Assembly (NCBI GenBank): GCA_044440125.1
Contig: JBITAJ010000029.1
Coordinates: forward strand, 224,001-288,000
Reading direction: 5' to 3'
Source: Sedimentisphaeraceae bacterium JB056
GTDB taxonomy: Bacteria; Planctomycetota; Phycisphaerae; Sedimentisphaerales; Sedimentisphaeraceae
DNA length: 64,000 bases
Of the stretch, positions 28,197 through 38,091 are shown one piece after another. Position numbers and translations under genes: made by a program. The first letter of the stretch is position 1. Every line of letters begins with the position of its first letter. A model generated the notes under the pieces. That model saw only the letters and a program-made list of their open reading frames with translations, was not told the origin of the DNA and searched no databases.

Positions 28197-30257
28197 ATGA
28201 TACAAAGCAATATTGATATTCAGCTATCAGATACAAAAGAAGACCAAATTTTATCTTTTGCTAAAGAGGAATTGTGTCACTTTTTGCAGAATTGCTCGCA
28301 ATACAATGAATTATGTAGCGATAAGAGATTCGTACTAACCGTTAAACCGCAGATGGACGCTTACAGCTTCTCTGTTGACTATGATTCCGATAAATATGTT
28401 TATCTATCTGGTGCAGATTCTTCTTGTGTTTTACATGCCGTTTATACCTTCTTAGAGGATATTGGTTACTGTTTTGATATTACGGGACCTCTTTTTTCAG
28501 AGAGTTCATCTGTTTGTTGTGTGAAATTGGGATCCAGAACTATTAATCCTAAAGTTCGAGAAAGGGGTATTCGTCAGCACATTAACTTTCCAATGGATAT
28601 GTCTTCGTATTCACTGAATGAGGCGAAAGAGTATATTCGCAATCTCGCAAGGATGCGTTTTAATCATATAACTTTTCATAGTTATCCGAATCAGTGGATT
28701 CCGGTTCCAGAAAGAAATGAGTTTGCCGGACATTTTTTCTATGGTGTTCGTCATGATATACCCTCCAAAGAAGTTGTTGTTGAAAATATTGAGAATGAGA
28801 AAACTTTTTGTATTCCTGAAATAGAATCGTCTTATGATGATATTGCGATTAGAAGTGAGCTTGCAGTCAACTGGCTAAGAGAAGTTATGCTTGAGGCTAA
28901 AAGGGTGGGTATGCAGATTCAGTTTTCTTTTGAGCCAAGGAGTGGTTCTGTTGATATAGCACCAACCTTACTGACCGTAGATTCAATAATGGATTCATAT
29001 CCTATGATTGATATTCTTGAGGTAATGACTCAGGAATTTAATCGAGATTATACTACTGTTACGGCAAACGATATACTTAATATCGAGAATGAGCATTTTG
29101 GTAAAAATGTATTGAGTGATGATGTGTTTGCTGTCAATGGTGTTAAGCTTCTTGTCGGTGAGGTTTGCCATAATATAAAGGTTATAGAGGCTTTAGAGTC
29201 AAGTGATGATTCAAAGTTACCAAGGATAGTATTAGGTATTTATTGTGTTATGCCGGAATATTTTGATGTGTCTTTATCGCTTGTTCAGGAATATCTTAGT
29301 GAGCAAAGTCGTTTTGCATTTCTTGCCGGGCACAGCAGTCCGCTGACATTGGAGAATATGAAAAGTATTGACATGGATCATAAACTTGATACAGATTTAT
29401 GGTCACGGACAATGGTCTATAACTGGATAGAGTTTGATGGGCTTATGTATTTACAGCAGAATAGCATCAAGGGTATTTATGAAATGATTAAATGGCTCCC
29501 TGCAGATGATAACGGTCAGCTTTGTTCAGGGTTGAGCTTTAATCATTGGCGAACTGCTGAAAATAGAACGGTTGCTCGTTATGCTTCACTTGCTTGTTTG
29601 TATGGTTCTGTTGAGCCATATGATTTTTATAAGAAATATGCTGAGATATTAGGTATTGATGAAATTGATGCTTATATTAAAGCAATGACATATCTGGATA
29701 ATATCACAATCAAGACAACTACTGATGCTATAAATATAGGATTTTGCTTTGTTGGCTGCTGGTTGAGAGAAGGTTTGGGCTGGATAGAGGATCTTTGGAA
29801 ATTCGGTCCTGTCAGAGAAGTAAGAAAGGGATACGATTACGTTGCTTTATTGTTGAAAAAATGCATCTCTTCTGAAATAAAGGAAGAAGCTGCTGATTAT
29901 CTCAGTTTTATAGATAATCGTGTTCGCTGTACTATTATTCATCTGAAGGCTATGGAGAAAGCCCTTGAGCTGCCTGCTGTGTGTGCCGGTAAAAAGGCAG
30001 GAGAGCTTGATGAATGTCAGAGAGAAAAGGTTATTAAAATTTGTGAGCATGCATTAGCGATTACTGATCAATATATGGATGTTCATAGTGAGCAGATGTG
30101 TGATAGAGGGTGTGAGGGTACGCTTATAAGTTACTATCATACATTACCTGCCGTATTGAAACAGATTAGATTCAATTATTGCGGTATACCTTATGAACAG
30201 GCATCTACGCAGAATTATCAGATTGATGCTCCGCCAGAACCAATGGTATTGGTCTGA
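28197..30257 (+). CDS. Hypothetical protein with GH67/GH20-type N-terminal domain (candidate glycoside hydrolase)
   Basis: FAKEELCHFL, LSGAD...LHAVYTFLE..G, P...RGI, ARMRFNHI pattern; family not resolved. Confidence 0.55.
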   Translation: MIQSNIDIQLSDTKEDQILSFAKEELCHFLQNCSQYNELCSDKRFVLTVKPQMDAYSFSVDYDSDKYVYLSGADSSCVLHAVYTFLEDIGYCFDITGPLFSESSSVCCVKLGSRTINPKVRERGIRQHINFPMDMSSYSLNEAKEYIRNLARMRFNHITFHSYPNQWIPVPERNEFAGHFFYGVRHDIPSKEVVVENIENEKTFCIPEIESSYDDIAIRSELAVNWLREVMLEAKRVGMQIQFSFEPRSGSVDIAPTLLTVDSIMDSYPMIDILEVMTQEFNRDYTTVTANDILNIENEHFGKNVLSDDVFAVNGVKLLVGEVCHNIKVIEALESSDDSKLPRIVLGIYCVMPEYFDVSLSLVQEYLSEQSRFAFLAGHSSPLTLENMKSIDMDHKLDTDLWSRTMVYNWIEFDGLMYLQQNSIKGIYEMIKWLPADDNGQLCSGLSFNHWRTAENRTVARYASLACLYGSVEPYDFYKKYAEILGIDEIDAYIKAMTYLDNITIKTTTDAINIGFCFVGCWLREGLGWIEDLWKFGPVREVRKGYDYVALLLKKCISSEIKEEAADYLSFIDNRVRCTIIHLKAMEKALELPAVCAGKKAGELDECQREKVIKICEHALAITDQYMDVHSEQMCDRGCEGTLISYYHTLPAVLKQIRFNYCGIPYEQASTQNYQIDAPPEPMVLV

Positions 30258-30457
30258 TTAAAAAAAATAGGTGAATTTAAGATTATGATAGGAAGCTCTT
30301 CAAGAGATATTAGGCTTTGCGCTGTGATTCATTTAAGTAAGTAAATAGATTGATAGAAAGAATGTTATACGCTTTGCCCTTAGCTTGATTGTCTGGATTT
30401 AAGAATGATTGTGTAAAAATTGTGATTCGTTAGTTTAAAAAGAGATTGGATTTTAAT

Positions 30458-31888
30458 ATGCCGGAAGGTTTAGATAGTGATTGCTTGAAAAAGAAAGACA
30501 ATACCAAATTGTCTTTCAAGATTAAATCTATTTATGGTATGGGGTCGCTGGCTAATTGTGTGATGTCCAGCATACTGTTTACTCTGGCTATGCCTATTTA
30601 TAATATTGGATTAGGGGTTAGTCCTGTACTTGTTGGTATGGCTTTATCGGTTCCTCGTTTTTGGGATGCGGTTATTGATCCATTTATGGGGAATCTATCT
30701 GATAATACACGTACAAGATGGGGGAGGCGTCGCCCATATATTTTTATTGGTGCAGTTTTGACAGGGATTTGCTGTGCGGCAATATGGCGACCGCCTGCAT
30801 TTCTTAATGAGACGGGGCTGTTCATTTATCTGCTGGTTACTTCAATTATCTTTTTTACAACTTTTACTGTATTTACTGTTCCATATGCCGCTTTGGGAAT
30901 GGAACTTACTACTGACTACGATGAACGTACCAGTGTTATGGCGTACAAGACCTTCTTTCAAAGTATGAGCGCTGCCCTTATCATGCCATTTGCGTATAAG
31001 CTATGTTTTTATTCCGGGTTTGGTAGCAATGAAGTTGAAGGCGTACGTACTGTGGGGCTTTTGTTTGGTGGTTTTATTATTATTACGGGTATTCTTCCTG
31101 CTATCTTCACTAAGGAAAACGCTGTTGTCCAGAGGCAAAGCAAAATAAAGCTTATAAGTGCAGTGAGATACACATTGAAGGATAAACCGTTCATGATGCT
31201 TTCGGCGGCAACTTTCCTGATAATCTTAGGTTTGTTTATCATATTGCCGTTACAGTCATATATGTGCATCTTTTATGTGTTTAACGGAAATCGTGATGCT
31301 GCGGCTACTGTATTAGCTGGACATGGTGTAGCTTATGGGGTTATGGCGATGGTTTCTGTGCCTATAATAACCTGGCTGTCAAAGAAGTGGGGCAAAAAAG
31401 GTACTTTGATGGTCGGCTTAGTTTTGATCTCTTTTCTATTTTTGTCAAGCTGGTTTCTGTTTACTCCAAAACATCCTTACTTGCAGATTCTTTTTTCAGC
31501 ATTGAGAGCTCCGGAGATGTGCTTTATCTGGATTCTGACCTCGTCAATGATTGCAGATGTTTGTGACATAGATGAGCTTGCGACAGGTTTACGTCGTGAA
31601 GGTATGTTTGGAGCTATATTCAGTTGGGTTTTTAAGTTAGCGCTTGCTTTTGCAATGCTTGTCTCAGGTTGGATCGTTAAGTTTTCCGGTCTTGATACGA
31701 GTTTAGACGGTCCCCAGACATTAGATACAATTAATAAGCTGCGAATTAATTTTGCTATTATTCCGGGTTTGTTTATGGTGGCAGCTTTTATCTTTCTAAT
31801 GCTGTACCCGATTTCTAAGAAACGTATTTTAGAAGTGAGAGCAATTTTGAATGAAAGAAAGGCAGAGTCAAATAAGAGTGACATTTAG
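30458..31888 (+). CDS. MFS glycoside-pentoside-hexuronide (GPH) transporter
   Basis: WDAVIDPFMGNLSDNTRTRWGRRRPY, VPYAAL..ELT.DY.ERT, MIADVCD.DE..TG.RREG. Confidence 0.92.
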   Translation: MPEGLDSDCLKKKDNTKLSFKIKSIYGMGSLANCVMSSILFTLAMPIYNIGLGVSPVLVGMALSVPRFWDAVIDPFMGNLSDNTRTRWGRRRPYIFIGAVLTGICCAAIWRPPAFLNETGLFIYLLVTSIIFFTTFTVFTVPYAALGMELTTDYDERTSVMAYKTFFQSMSAALIMPFAYKLCFYSGFGSNEVEGVRTVGLLFGGFIIITGILPAIFTKENAVVQRQSKIKLISAVRYTLKDKPFMMLSAATFLIILGLFIILPLQSYMCIFYVFNGNRDAAATVLAGHGVAYGVMAMVSVPIITWLSKKWGKKGTLMVGLVLISFLFLSSWFLFTPKHPYLQILFSALRAPEMCFIWILTSSMIADVCDIDELATGLRREGMFGAIFSWVFKLALAFAMLVSGWIVKFSGLDTSLDGPQTLDTINKLRINFAIIPGLFMVAAFIFLMLYPISKKRILEVRAILNERKAESNKSDI

Positions 31889-31922
31889 TAGTGTAGTTAA
31901 TTGATTTTTGATTTATTGAATT

Positions 31923-33176
31923 ATGGATATATTGGCAAATAAATTTATTACAGTTTTTGAATCTCCCAGTCCTGAGGATATTTATTGTTACAGTCCCGGT
32001 ATTTGTATACTGGATTCCGGCAGAATAGTGGCTACTATGGATATTGGCGGCCCAGGAGTTGTTGCACTCGATGGGGAGAAATATATACGTGGCACTTCTG
32101 GTGCGAGCAATCAGTGCAGAGTATTTACTTCTGATGATGATGGCGACACATGGATATATAGAGCTTCTTTTCCTATGATGCATGCAAGGCCGTTTGTTGC
32201 TGGAGAGAAGGTGTATGTTATAGGGCACCGCGGTGATATCGCAATATCATGCAGTGAAGATAATGGTGATAGTTGGGGTGATACTGTTAGTTTGAGTAAG
32301 GGAGAGCATTGGCACGGGGCGCCGTGCAATGTGGCTTATGCTGATGGCCGCATTTATCTCGCGATGGAAATAAATACGCAGCCTGATTTTGTATATTGGC
32401 CTGTCTCAAAGTTGGCTCCTGTGGTTCTGAGTGCAAAACTCTCGGATGATCTTTGTGACAGGGAGTCTTGGAGTTTTTCTGATATACATAGCTTTGATCA
32501 AATGGTTGAAATACCTGAATTGTTTGGTATGCCGTTTTATAAAACAGGTCAGACGGCTCCGGGGCAGTGTGTTGATGGCAGGGGGATGTATCCTTCGGGT
32601 TGGCTTGAGACAAACATTGTTCAGATTGTCGACCCTGATAACCTGCTTTATGACCCTGAGGGTAAGACGTTTCATTTGTTTCTCAGGCTCCATACAGGTG
32701 CGACCAATACGGCTTGTATGTTGAAGGCTGAAGAGGATGAAGATGGCAATATTAAAGTCGGTTTTGAAAAAGCTCCTTCGGGCAGAGATATGCTGTTTGT
32801 ACCATTTCCCGGCGGGCACAATAAGTTTCATATTGTCTATGATGAGGTTACTAAACTTTATTGGATGTGCTCTTCATTGTCGCGAGATTCGATGACTTCT
32901 CCTGAAAAGCTATCTTCTGAACGTTTTAATCTGCCCAATAATGAGCGTGATAAGCTTGCACTTTACTTCAGTAAAAACTGTATTGACTGGTGTATGGCGG
33001 GACTAATATGCAAGGGCGATAGTCCTAAGGAGTCTCGTAATTATGCTTCATTGGCGATTAAAGGTGATAATTTATTAGTCCTGAGCAGAAGCGGTGACAG
33101 CAGAGCTAAAAGTGCTCATAACGGGAATTTGATTACTTTCCACAAGATAAAGAATTTTAGAAACCTTGTTTATTGA
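31923..33176 (+). CDS. BNR/Asp-box sialidase-like protein (cytoplasmic)
   Basis: Asp-boxes SDDDGDTW and SEDNGDSW plus SKNCIDW; no signal peptide. Confidence 0.75.
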   Translation: MDILANKFITVFESPSPEDIYCYSPGICILDSGRIVATMDIGGPGVVALDGEKYIRGTSGASNQCRVFTSDDDGDTWIYRASFPMMHARPFVAGEKVYVIGHRGDIAISCSEDNGDSWGDTVSLSKGEHWHGAPCNVAYADGRIYLAMEINTQPDFVYWPVSKLAPVVLSAKLSDDLCDRESWSFSDIHSFDQMVEIPELFGMPFYKTGQTAPGQCVDGRGMYPSGWLETNIVQIVDPDNLLYDPEGKTFHLFLRLHTGATNTACMLKAEEDEDGNIKVGFEKAPSGRDMLFVPFPGGHNKFHIVYDEVTKLYWMCSSLSRDSMTSPEKLSSERFNLPNNERDKLALYFSKNCIDWCMAGLICKGDSPKESRNYASLAIKGDNLLVLSRSGDSRAKSAHNGNLITFHKIKNFRNLVY

Positions 33177-33200
33177 TTAATTGACAGAAAGAATTTTGTA

Positions 33201-34292
33201 ATGTCATCTACTGATTTTGAATTTTATTTACCTACAAGAATTATATTTGGCGGTGGCTGTTCAGAGCAGACCTTCGATCTTGACTGCGTTAAGGGTAAGT
33301 GCTGTATGCTGCTCAGTTACGCCGGTTTTAATAATACGGCTTTTATTGCCAAGCTTCAAGAGAGCTGCGGCGAGCTTATCAATGTTGATGAGTTTGAAGA
33401 GAATCCAAGTTTTTCGTTTGTGAAAAAGCTTGGAACGATGGTATCTGATAAAAATGTTGACACTATCATTGCTATTGGCGGCGGCAGCAGTATTGATTCA
33501 GCCAAAGCAGCAGCATGGCTCTCAGCTAATCCTGATTGGCAGATTGGTTCAGGCGACCAGCCTGATATACCTGAAACTTCTATTGTTGCGATACCAACAA
33601 CCTCCGGTACCGGCAGCGAGGTAACGCCTTATGCTATACTTACAGATGAGCAGACCAAGCAGAAACAGATACTCAATCATCAAGCCTTGTTTCCCAAGGC
33701 AGCGGTCTGTGATCCTGATTTTACCATTACTATGCCCAAAGGTGTTACTGTTAATACCGGTATAGATGCGCTTTCCCATTCAATAGAGGCATATATGTCA
33801 ACATCCTGTCAGGGTTTTATGTGTCAGATTGCATTGGAATCATGCAGACGCATTAAAGAGAACTTACCTTTGGTAATAGCCGAGCCATCAAATTCTGCTG
33901 CACGTGAAGCGATGATGCTTGCGGCACTTGAGGGCGGGATTGTCCTTGCAAGGTGCGGCACAGTCATGGTTCATGCTCTTGGATATTGTCTGACTGCAAA
34001 ATATGGTTATCCGCACGGATACTCAAATGCCTTACTGCTTGGCGGTTTTGTAGAAAGGCTTGCGGCTAACGGTAATCAGAGAGCTAAGGGTATAATGGAT
34101 ATTTTTGATGGTGACCTTAGCAGTTTTATTACAAGTTGCGGAATTCCAGCTTCGCTGCCTTCAGGTTCGGTTGAAAGCTCTCAGGTAGATGCATGGGTTG
34201 AATCAGGCTATAATTCCTACGGAAGAGTTAAGAGTATAACTCCGATAGAAAAGTCGGATATAAAATATATGATAGAAAAAATTATTGACTAA
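33201..34292 (+). CDS. Iron-containing alcohol dehydrogenase
   Basis: AIGGGSSIDSAK, IPTTSGTGSEVT, GIDALSHSIEAY, HALGY, PHGYSNA. Confidence 0.93.
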   Translation: MSSTDFEFYLPTRIIFGGGCSEQTFDLDCVKGKCCMLLSYAGFNNTAFIAKLQESCGELINVDEFEENPSFSFVKKLGTMVSDKNVDTIIAIGGGSSIDSAKAAAWLSANPDWQIGSGDQPDIPETSIVAIPTTSGTGSEVTPYAILTDEQTKQKQILNHQALFPKAAVCDPDFTITMPKGVTVNTGIDALSHSIEAYMSTSCQGFMCQIALESCRRIKENLPLVIAEPSNSAAREAMMLAALEGGIVLARCGTVMVHALGYCLTAKYGYPHGYSNALLLGGFVERLAANGNQRAKGIMDIFDGDLSSFITSCGIPASLPSGSVESSQVDAWVESGYNSYGRVKSITPIEKSDIKYMIEKIID

Positions 34293-34304
34293 GGATATTT
34301 TGAA

Positions 34305-35003
34305 ATGAGAATTTACGGCGCAGGCTCAGTTGAAGAGGTCAAAAAATGTTCAGAACTTGGGGTTGTAGGTATACTTACCAATCCGCAGGGTTTCGATCAG
34401 TATTTTGGCGGCAAGATGACGCTTGAGGAAATAACAAAATCATTGGTGGAAGTTACTGATCTTCCTGTTTTCATCCAGATACACGCAGAGACCGCTGAAG
34501 GTCTTGTTGATAGAGCCCGTCAGCTGCATGCTATCTCACCACAGGTTGGATTTAAGATTATTTCCGATGTCAAGGGTTTTGAGGCTATACGACAGCTTCA
34601 GAAGGAGGGCATTGATTGTATAGCAACATGCCTATTCAGTCTTTCTCAGGCTTCTGTGGCAGCTACTGTAGGAGCATTTGGAATATGTCCTTTTGTATCA
34701 AGGGCAAGGGCTATCGGAATGGATCCTTTTGCGATTCTCAGGGATATCAAGCAGGGCTACTCTCAGCTTGAAAGGGCTCCTGAGATTATTGCGGTCAGTC
34801 TTAAAGGTGTTGGAGATATCGATCTTGCCTTGGCTGCAGGTGTTGATTCGGTTGGTATGCGATATCCTGCTATAGAAGAGATGATGCAGCATCCTTTGAG
34901 CAAAAATGCAGAGACATTGTTTGCTAAGAACTGGGCAAATATCGTTGGTGAGGATGTGAGCTATATTGACCAGAGCAAATCACTCGGCGGAGAAGCAGAA
35001 TGA
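34305..35003 (+). CDS. Transaldolase/fructose-6-phosphate-aldolase family protein, divergent
   Basis: GILTNPQ, VGFKI (Schiff-base Lys), ATCLFS.SQA, CPFVSR, HPLS; 232 aa. Confidence 0.82.
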   Translation: MRIYGAGSVEEVKKCSELGVVGILTNPQGFDQYFGGKMTLEEITKSLVEVTDLPVFIQIHAETAEGLVDRARQLHAISPQVGFKIISDVKGFEAIRQLQKEGIDCIATCLFSLSQASVAATVGAFGICPFVSRARAIGMDPFAILRDIKQGYSQLERAPEIIAVSLKGVGDIDLALAAGVDSVGMRYPAIEEMMQHPLSKNAETLFAKNWANIVGEDVSYIDQSKSLGGEAE

Positions 35004-35887
35004 GACGCATGCCGCAATTAAAGGGGTTGCTGGTTCCTCCGGTAACGCCTATGTTTGATGATAATACTCTGGATTTGCAAGGGGTAATCAATCTTTCAGA
35101 AAGATATCTTGCTTCAGAGGCTGTAGATGGCCTTTTTGCTATAGGAGCAACGGGAGAATATGCATGTTTGAGTAAGGATGAGAGACTTGATCTTATCAGC
35201 TCTCTTTCCAAGGTGAAACGTAATGGAAAGATAATAGTTGTAAACACAGGCGGTAAATCTACTGAGGAGACGCTTGAATTAAGCAATTCAGTAAAAGAAC
35301 ATAAGCTTGATGCGATTGCTGTTGTAGTTCCGACACATATTGAGGATACGATTGAAGCAATGCTTGAGTATTATGGGCTTGTTAACGAGATTGGTCTGCC
35401 GTTTATGGTATATCGTCCGCCGTTTATTACTACTCATCAGCTCTCTGAAGAGCTGGTAGGTTCAATGATGAAATTTGAAAACTTTGTCGGCCTTAAAGAC
35501 AGTTCAAGGAATATGGAGCTGTTTGCTGCTCTTTGCGCAAAATTCGGTGACCAGATAAGTATATTCCAGGGCGTTGAGATGCTTCATCTGCCGTCACTTG
35601 CATGTGGAAGTGCCGGGACTGTCGGCGGGGGGCTCAACATATATCCCGGCCTTATTGCTGATATAACTAATGCATTTGATGCTCATGATATTTCCAAAGC
35701 AATCAGGATTCAAAGTTATGTAACAGGTCTTTGGAGCAAACTCAATCCTGACGGCAGTTTCCGGTGGCGGTTTAAGCACCTTTGGAAACAGCTTGGTGTT
35801 ATTGAAGGCACTCATTGCCGTATTGGTGATTCTATAAATATAGATTCCGATGAGATGAAGATGCTTGAAGATATGATGGCTTTTTGA
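35000..35887 (+). CDS. DHDPS/NAL-family class I aldolase
   Basis: VTPM, GATGE, MVY, VGLKDSS. Confidence 0.88.
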   Translation: MRRMPQLKGLLVPPVTPMFDDNTLDLQGVINLSERYLASEAVDGLFAIGATGEYACLSKDERLDLISSLSKVKRNGKIIVVNTGGKSTEETLELSNSVKEHKLDAIAVVVPTHIEDTIEAMLEYYGLVNEIGLPFMVYRPPFITTHQLSEELVGSMMKFENFVGLKDSSRNMELFAALCAKFGDQISIFQGVEMLHLPSLACGSAGTVGGGLNIYPGLIADITNAFDAHDISKAIRIQSYVTGLWSKLNPDGSFRWRFKHLWKQLGVIEGTHCRIGDSINIDSDEMKMLEDMMAF

Positions 35888-35891
35888 TCAA

Positions 35892-36830
35892 ATGAAGATG
35901 ACTATGAAACGTATATTCGGTTTTGGTTCTGCTGCCGTTGATTTCAGGATAACAACGGCTGACCTTGGTGAACTCTACAAAGATAAGCTGCTTGCCAGAG
36001 AGACTGCTGCAATGGGCGGCGGAGCTTGCGCAAATTGTATGGTTCAGGCTTCAAGGCTTGGAGGCAGTGCGTATTGGCTGGGTAAGCTTGGTAATGACTG
36101 GATAGCAGAGAAGGTGTTGAGTGGGCTAAGTGATGAAGGCGTAAACTGCAATCATGTTATTCAGGATGCCAGATATTCATCACCGTTCAATCTTGCGGTT
36201 TATGCCGGAGAGTCCAGGAGAAGAGTAGGCGGTTTTCTGCTTTCCAACAGCCTCAATGAGCTTACGATTGAGGAAGTCAAACAATTGGCGTCTATTATAA
36301 ATTCTGATGATATCGTTTATATGGAGATTGGGGAGATAAAGCTTGATATATGTCTTGAGTTCTCCCGCCAAGTAAAGCAAAGAGGTGCTATGCTGATTGT
36401 AGATGTAGACCTCGATCCGGAAAAACAATGTACCGGTGAACCTGATGCTTTCCATTCTATCATGAAGCTTTCTGATGTTATAGTGCCTAATCTTGATGCT
36501 GTTAAAGGTATTACAAAGATATCTGAACCTCAAAAGACTGCAATGTTCCTGGCTAAAGAGTACTCGGCAGCTGTTATAGTTACAGCAGGCGCAGATGGAG
36601 CATATTATTCAGAAGATGGAGTTGCCGCCTTTCATCAGAAACCATTCGATACAGACTGTGTTGATACGGTAGGAGCCGGTGATGCGTTTCACGGCGGCCT
36701 TGTATTTGGACTTGCAAAGGGCCTGAATATTAAAGATTCGATAACCATTGCGGCTAAGTGCGGTGCTTATGCCTGCAGGAACTTTGGTGCAAGAACATCT
36801 ATGCCGGGATATAGTGAGATTGCCGTATGA
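35892..36830 (+). CDS. PfkB-family carbohydrate kinase
   Basis: GGGACAN..ASRLG, VTAGADGA, VDTVGAGDAFHGG. Confidence 0.92.
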   Translation: MKMTMKRIFGFGSAAVDFRITTADLGELYKDKLLARETAAMGGGACANCMVQASRLGGSAYWLGKLGNDWIAEKVLSGLSDEGVNCNHVIQDARYSSPFNLAVYAGESRRRVGGFLLSNSLNELTIEEVKQLASIINSDDIVYMEIGEIKLDICLEFSRQVKQRGAMLIVDVDLDPEKQCTGEPDAFHSIMKLSDVIVPNLDAVKGITKISEPQKTAMFLAKEYSAAVIVTAGADGAYYSEDGVAAFHQKPFDTDCVDTVGAGDAFHGGLVFGLAKGLNIKDSITIAAKCGAYACRNFGARTSMPGYSEIAV

Positions 36831-38026
36831 TCATTACGCCAATAAAAAGGTATTTCATGCTGTTATGCTGTATCATAATAGATCTCTGCCTTGGAGGTCT
36901 ATATGCATGGAGCGTGTTTGTGCCGCCGCTGATATCGCAGCATAATTATTCGGCTTCACAGACACAAAGCATCTTTGGTCTCTGCATTGTTGTAAATACG
37001 ATGACGATGATCTTTGCGGGCAGGATTCTGGATAAGCTGGGTTTCAGAGTCATGATTGTCATAACAGGCGGATTATTTATGACTGCTTACCTCTTGGCTT
37101 CTCTGTTTTGCAATAGCTATATGGTCCTGCTGTTTGCTATGGGGCTTGTTTTTGGGCTGGCGATAGGTTTTGGATATATAACAGTTCTAAGTCTGGCTGC
37201 AAGATTATTCCCCGACAAAAGCGGTATGGCATGCGGGGCTGTTGTAGCTGGGTATGGCTGCGGAGCGATTATGCTATCAAACATCGCAGAAAAAATGCTT
37301 TCTGCAGGTGATTCTGTTCCGCAGATATTCAAGCTTATAGCTATTACGTACGGAACTGCGATAATACTGTGCGGCTTATTCTTAGACTACTCAAATGATA
37401 GCACTGAATGCTCAAGAACAGAAAAATTACCTATTCCATTGTCAAGGGATCAAAAATACTGGACAATGGTGGCAGGGATGTTTGCGATTTCTTTCCCGGG
37501 TCTTATGATAATCGGAAACTTAAAACCGATTGGGCTCTCATACGGACATTCGGGTTTTGTCCTGAAGGCGTCAATGTTGATGATGGCTCTTGGTAATTCC
37601 AGCGGCAGGATAATATGGGGCGGCATATATGACAGATTCAAAAACAGGACAATACTGATGATGTTTGCTGTTCTCAATCTGTCAATGATCGTATTCCTGC
37701 TTTTATCTGCCAATAAATATGCGTATTGCTTGAGTACATTTTTTGTGGTCTTCGGCTTCAGCAGTTGTGCTGTTGTATATCCGGCAAACGTAGCTCAGGT
37801 TTACGGCGGAAGACTTTTTGCAAATGTGTATCCGCTTATAATAGTATTCCACGGAGCGGCAGGTCTGATGGCAGGTCTTGTAAGCGGACTATGCTACGAT
37901 AAATTCACAAACTATAATTTTGCGATTATGGCGGCTATATTTATTGCGGGCATGGGAATGCTGCTTCAAACTGTGCTTTGCAGGAATTGTGAAAAAGATA
38001 TAAACTATAATACTGTTCAGATATGA
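36827..38026 (+). CDS. MFS transporter, oxalate:formate antiporter-like
   Basis: GGLYAWSVFVPPL, GRILDKLG.R, FPDKSGMACG...GYG.G, GRIIWG.IYDR. Confidence 0.85.
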   Translation: MIITPIKRYFMLLCCIIIDLCLGGLYAWSVFVPPLISQHNYSASQTQSIFGLCIVVNTMTMIFAGRILDKLGFRVMIVITGGLFMTAYLLASLFCNSYMVLLFAMGLVFGLAIGFGYITVLSLAARLFPDKSGMACGAVVAGYGCGAIMLSNIAEKMLSAGDSVPQIFKLIAITYGTAIILCGLFLDYSNDSTECSRTEKLPIPLSRDQKYWTMVAGMFAISFPGLMIIGNLKPIGLSYGHSGFVLKASMLMMALGNSSGRIIWGGIYDRFKNRTILMMFAVLNLSMIVFLLLSANKYAYCLSTFFVVFGFSSCAVVYPANVAQVYGGRLFANVYPLIIVFHGAAGLMAGLVSGLCYDKFTNYNFAIMAAIFIAGMGMLLQTVLCRNCEKDINYNTVQI

Positions 38027-38091
38027 GTGTAATATAGTCGTGTATTGAATATTTTGTTTTAATTAACATAGTAACTTTGTAAAGGATTTAA

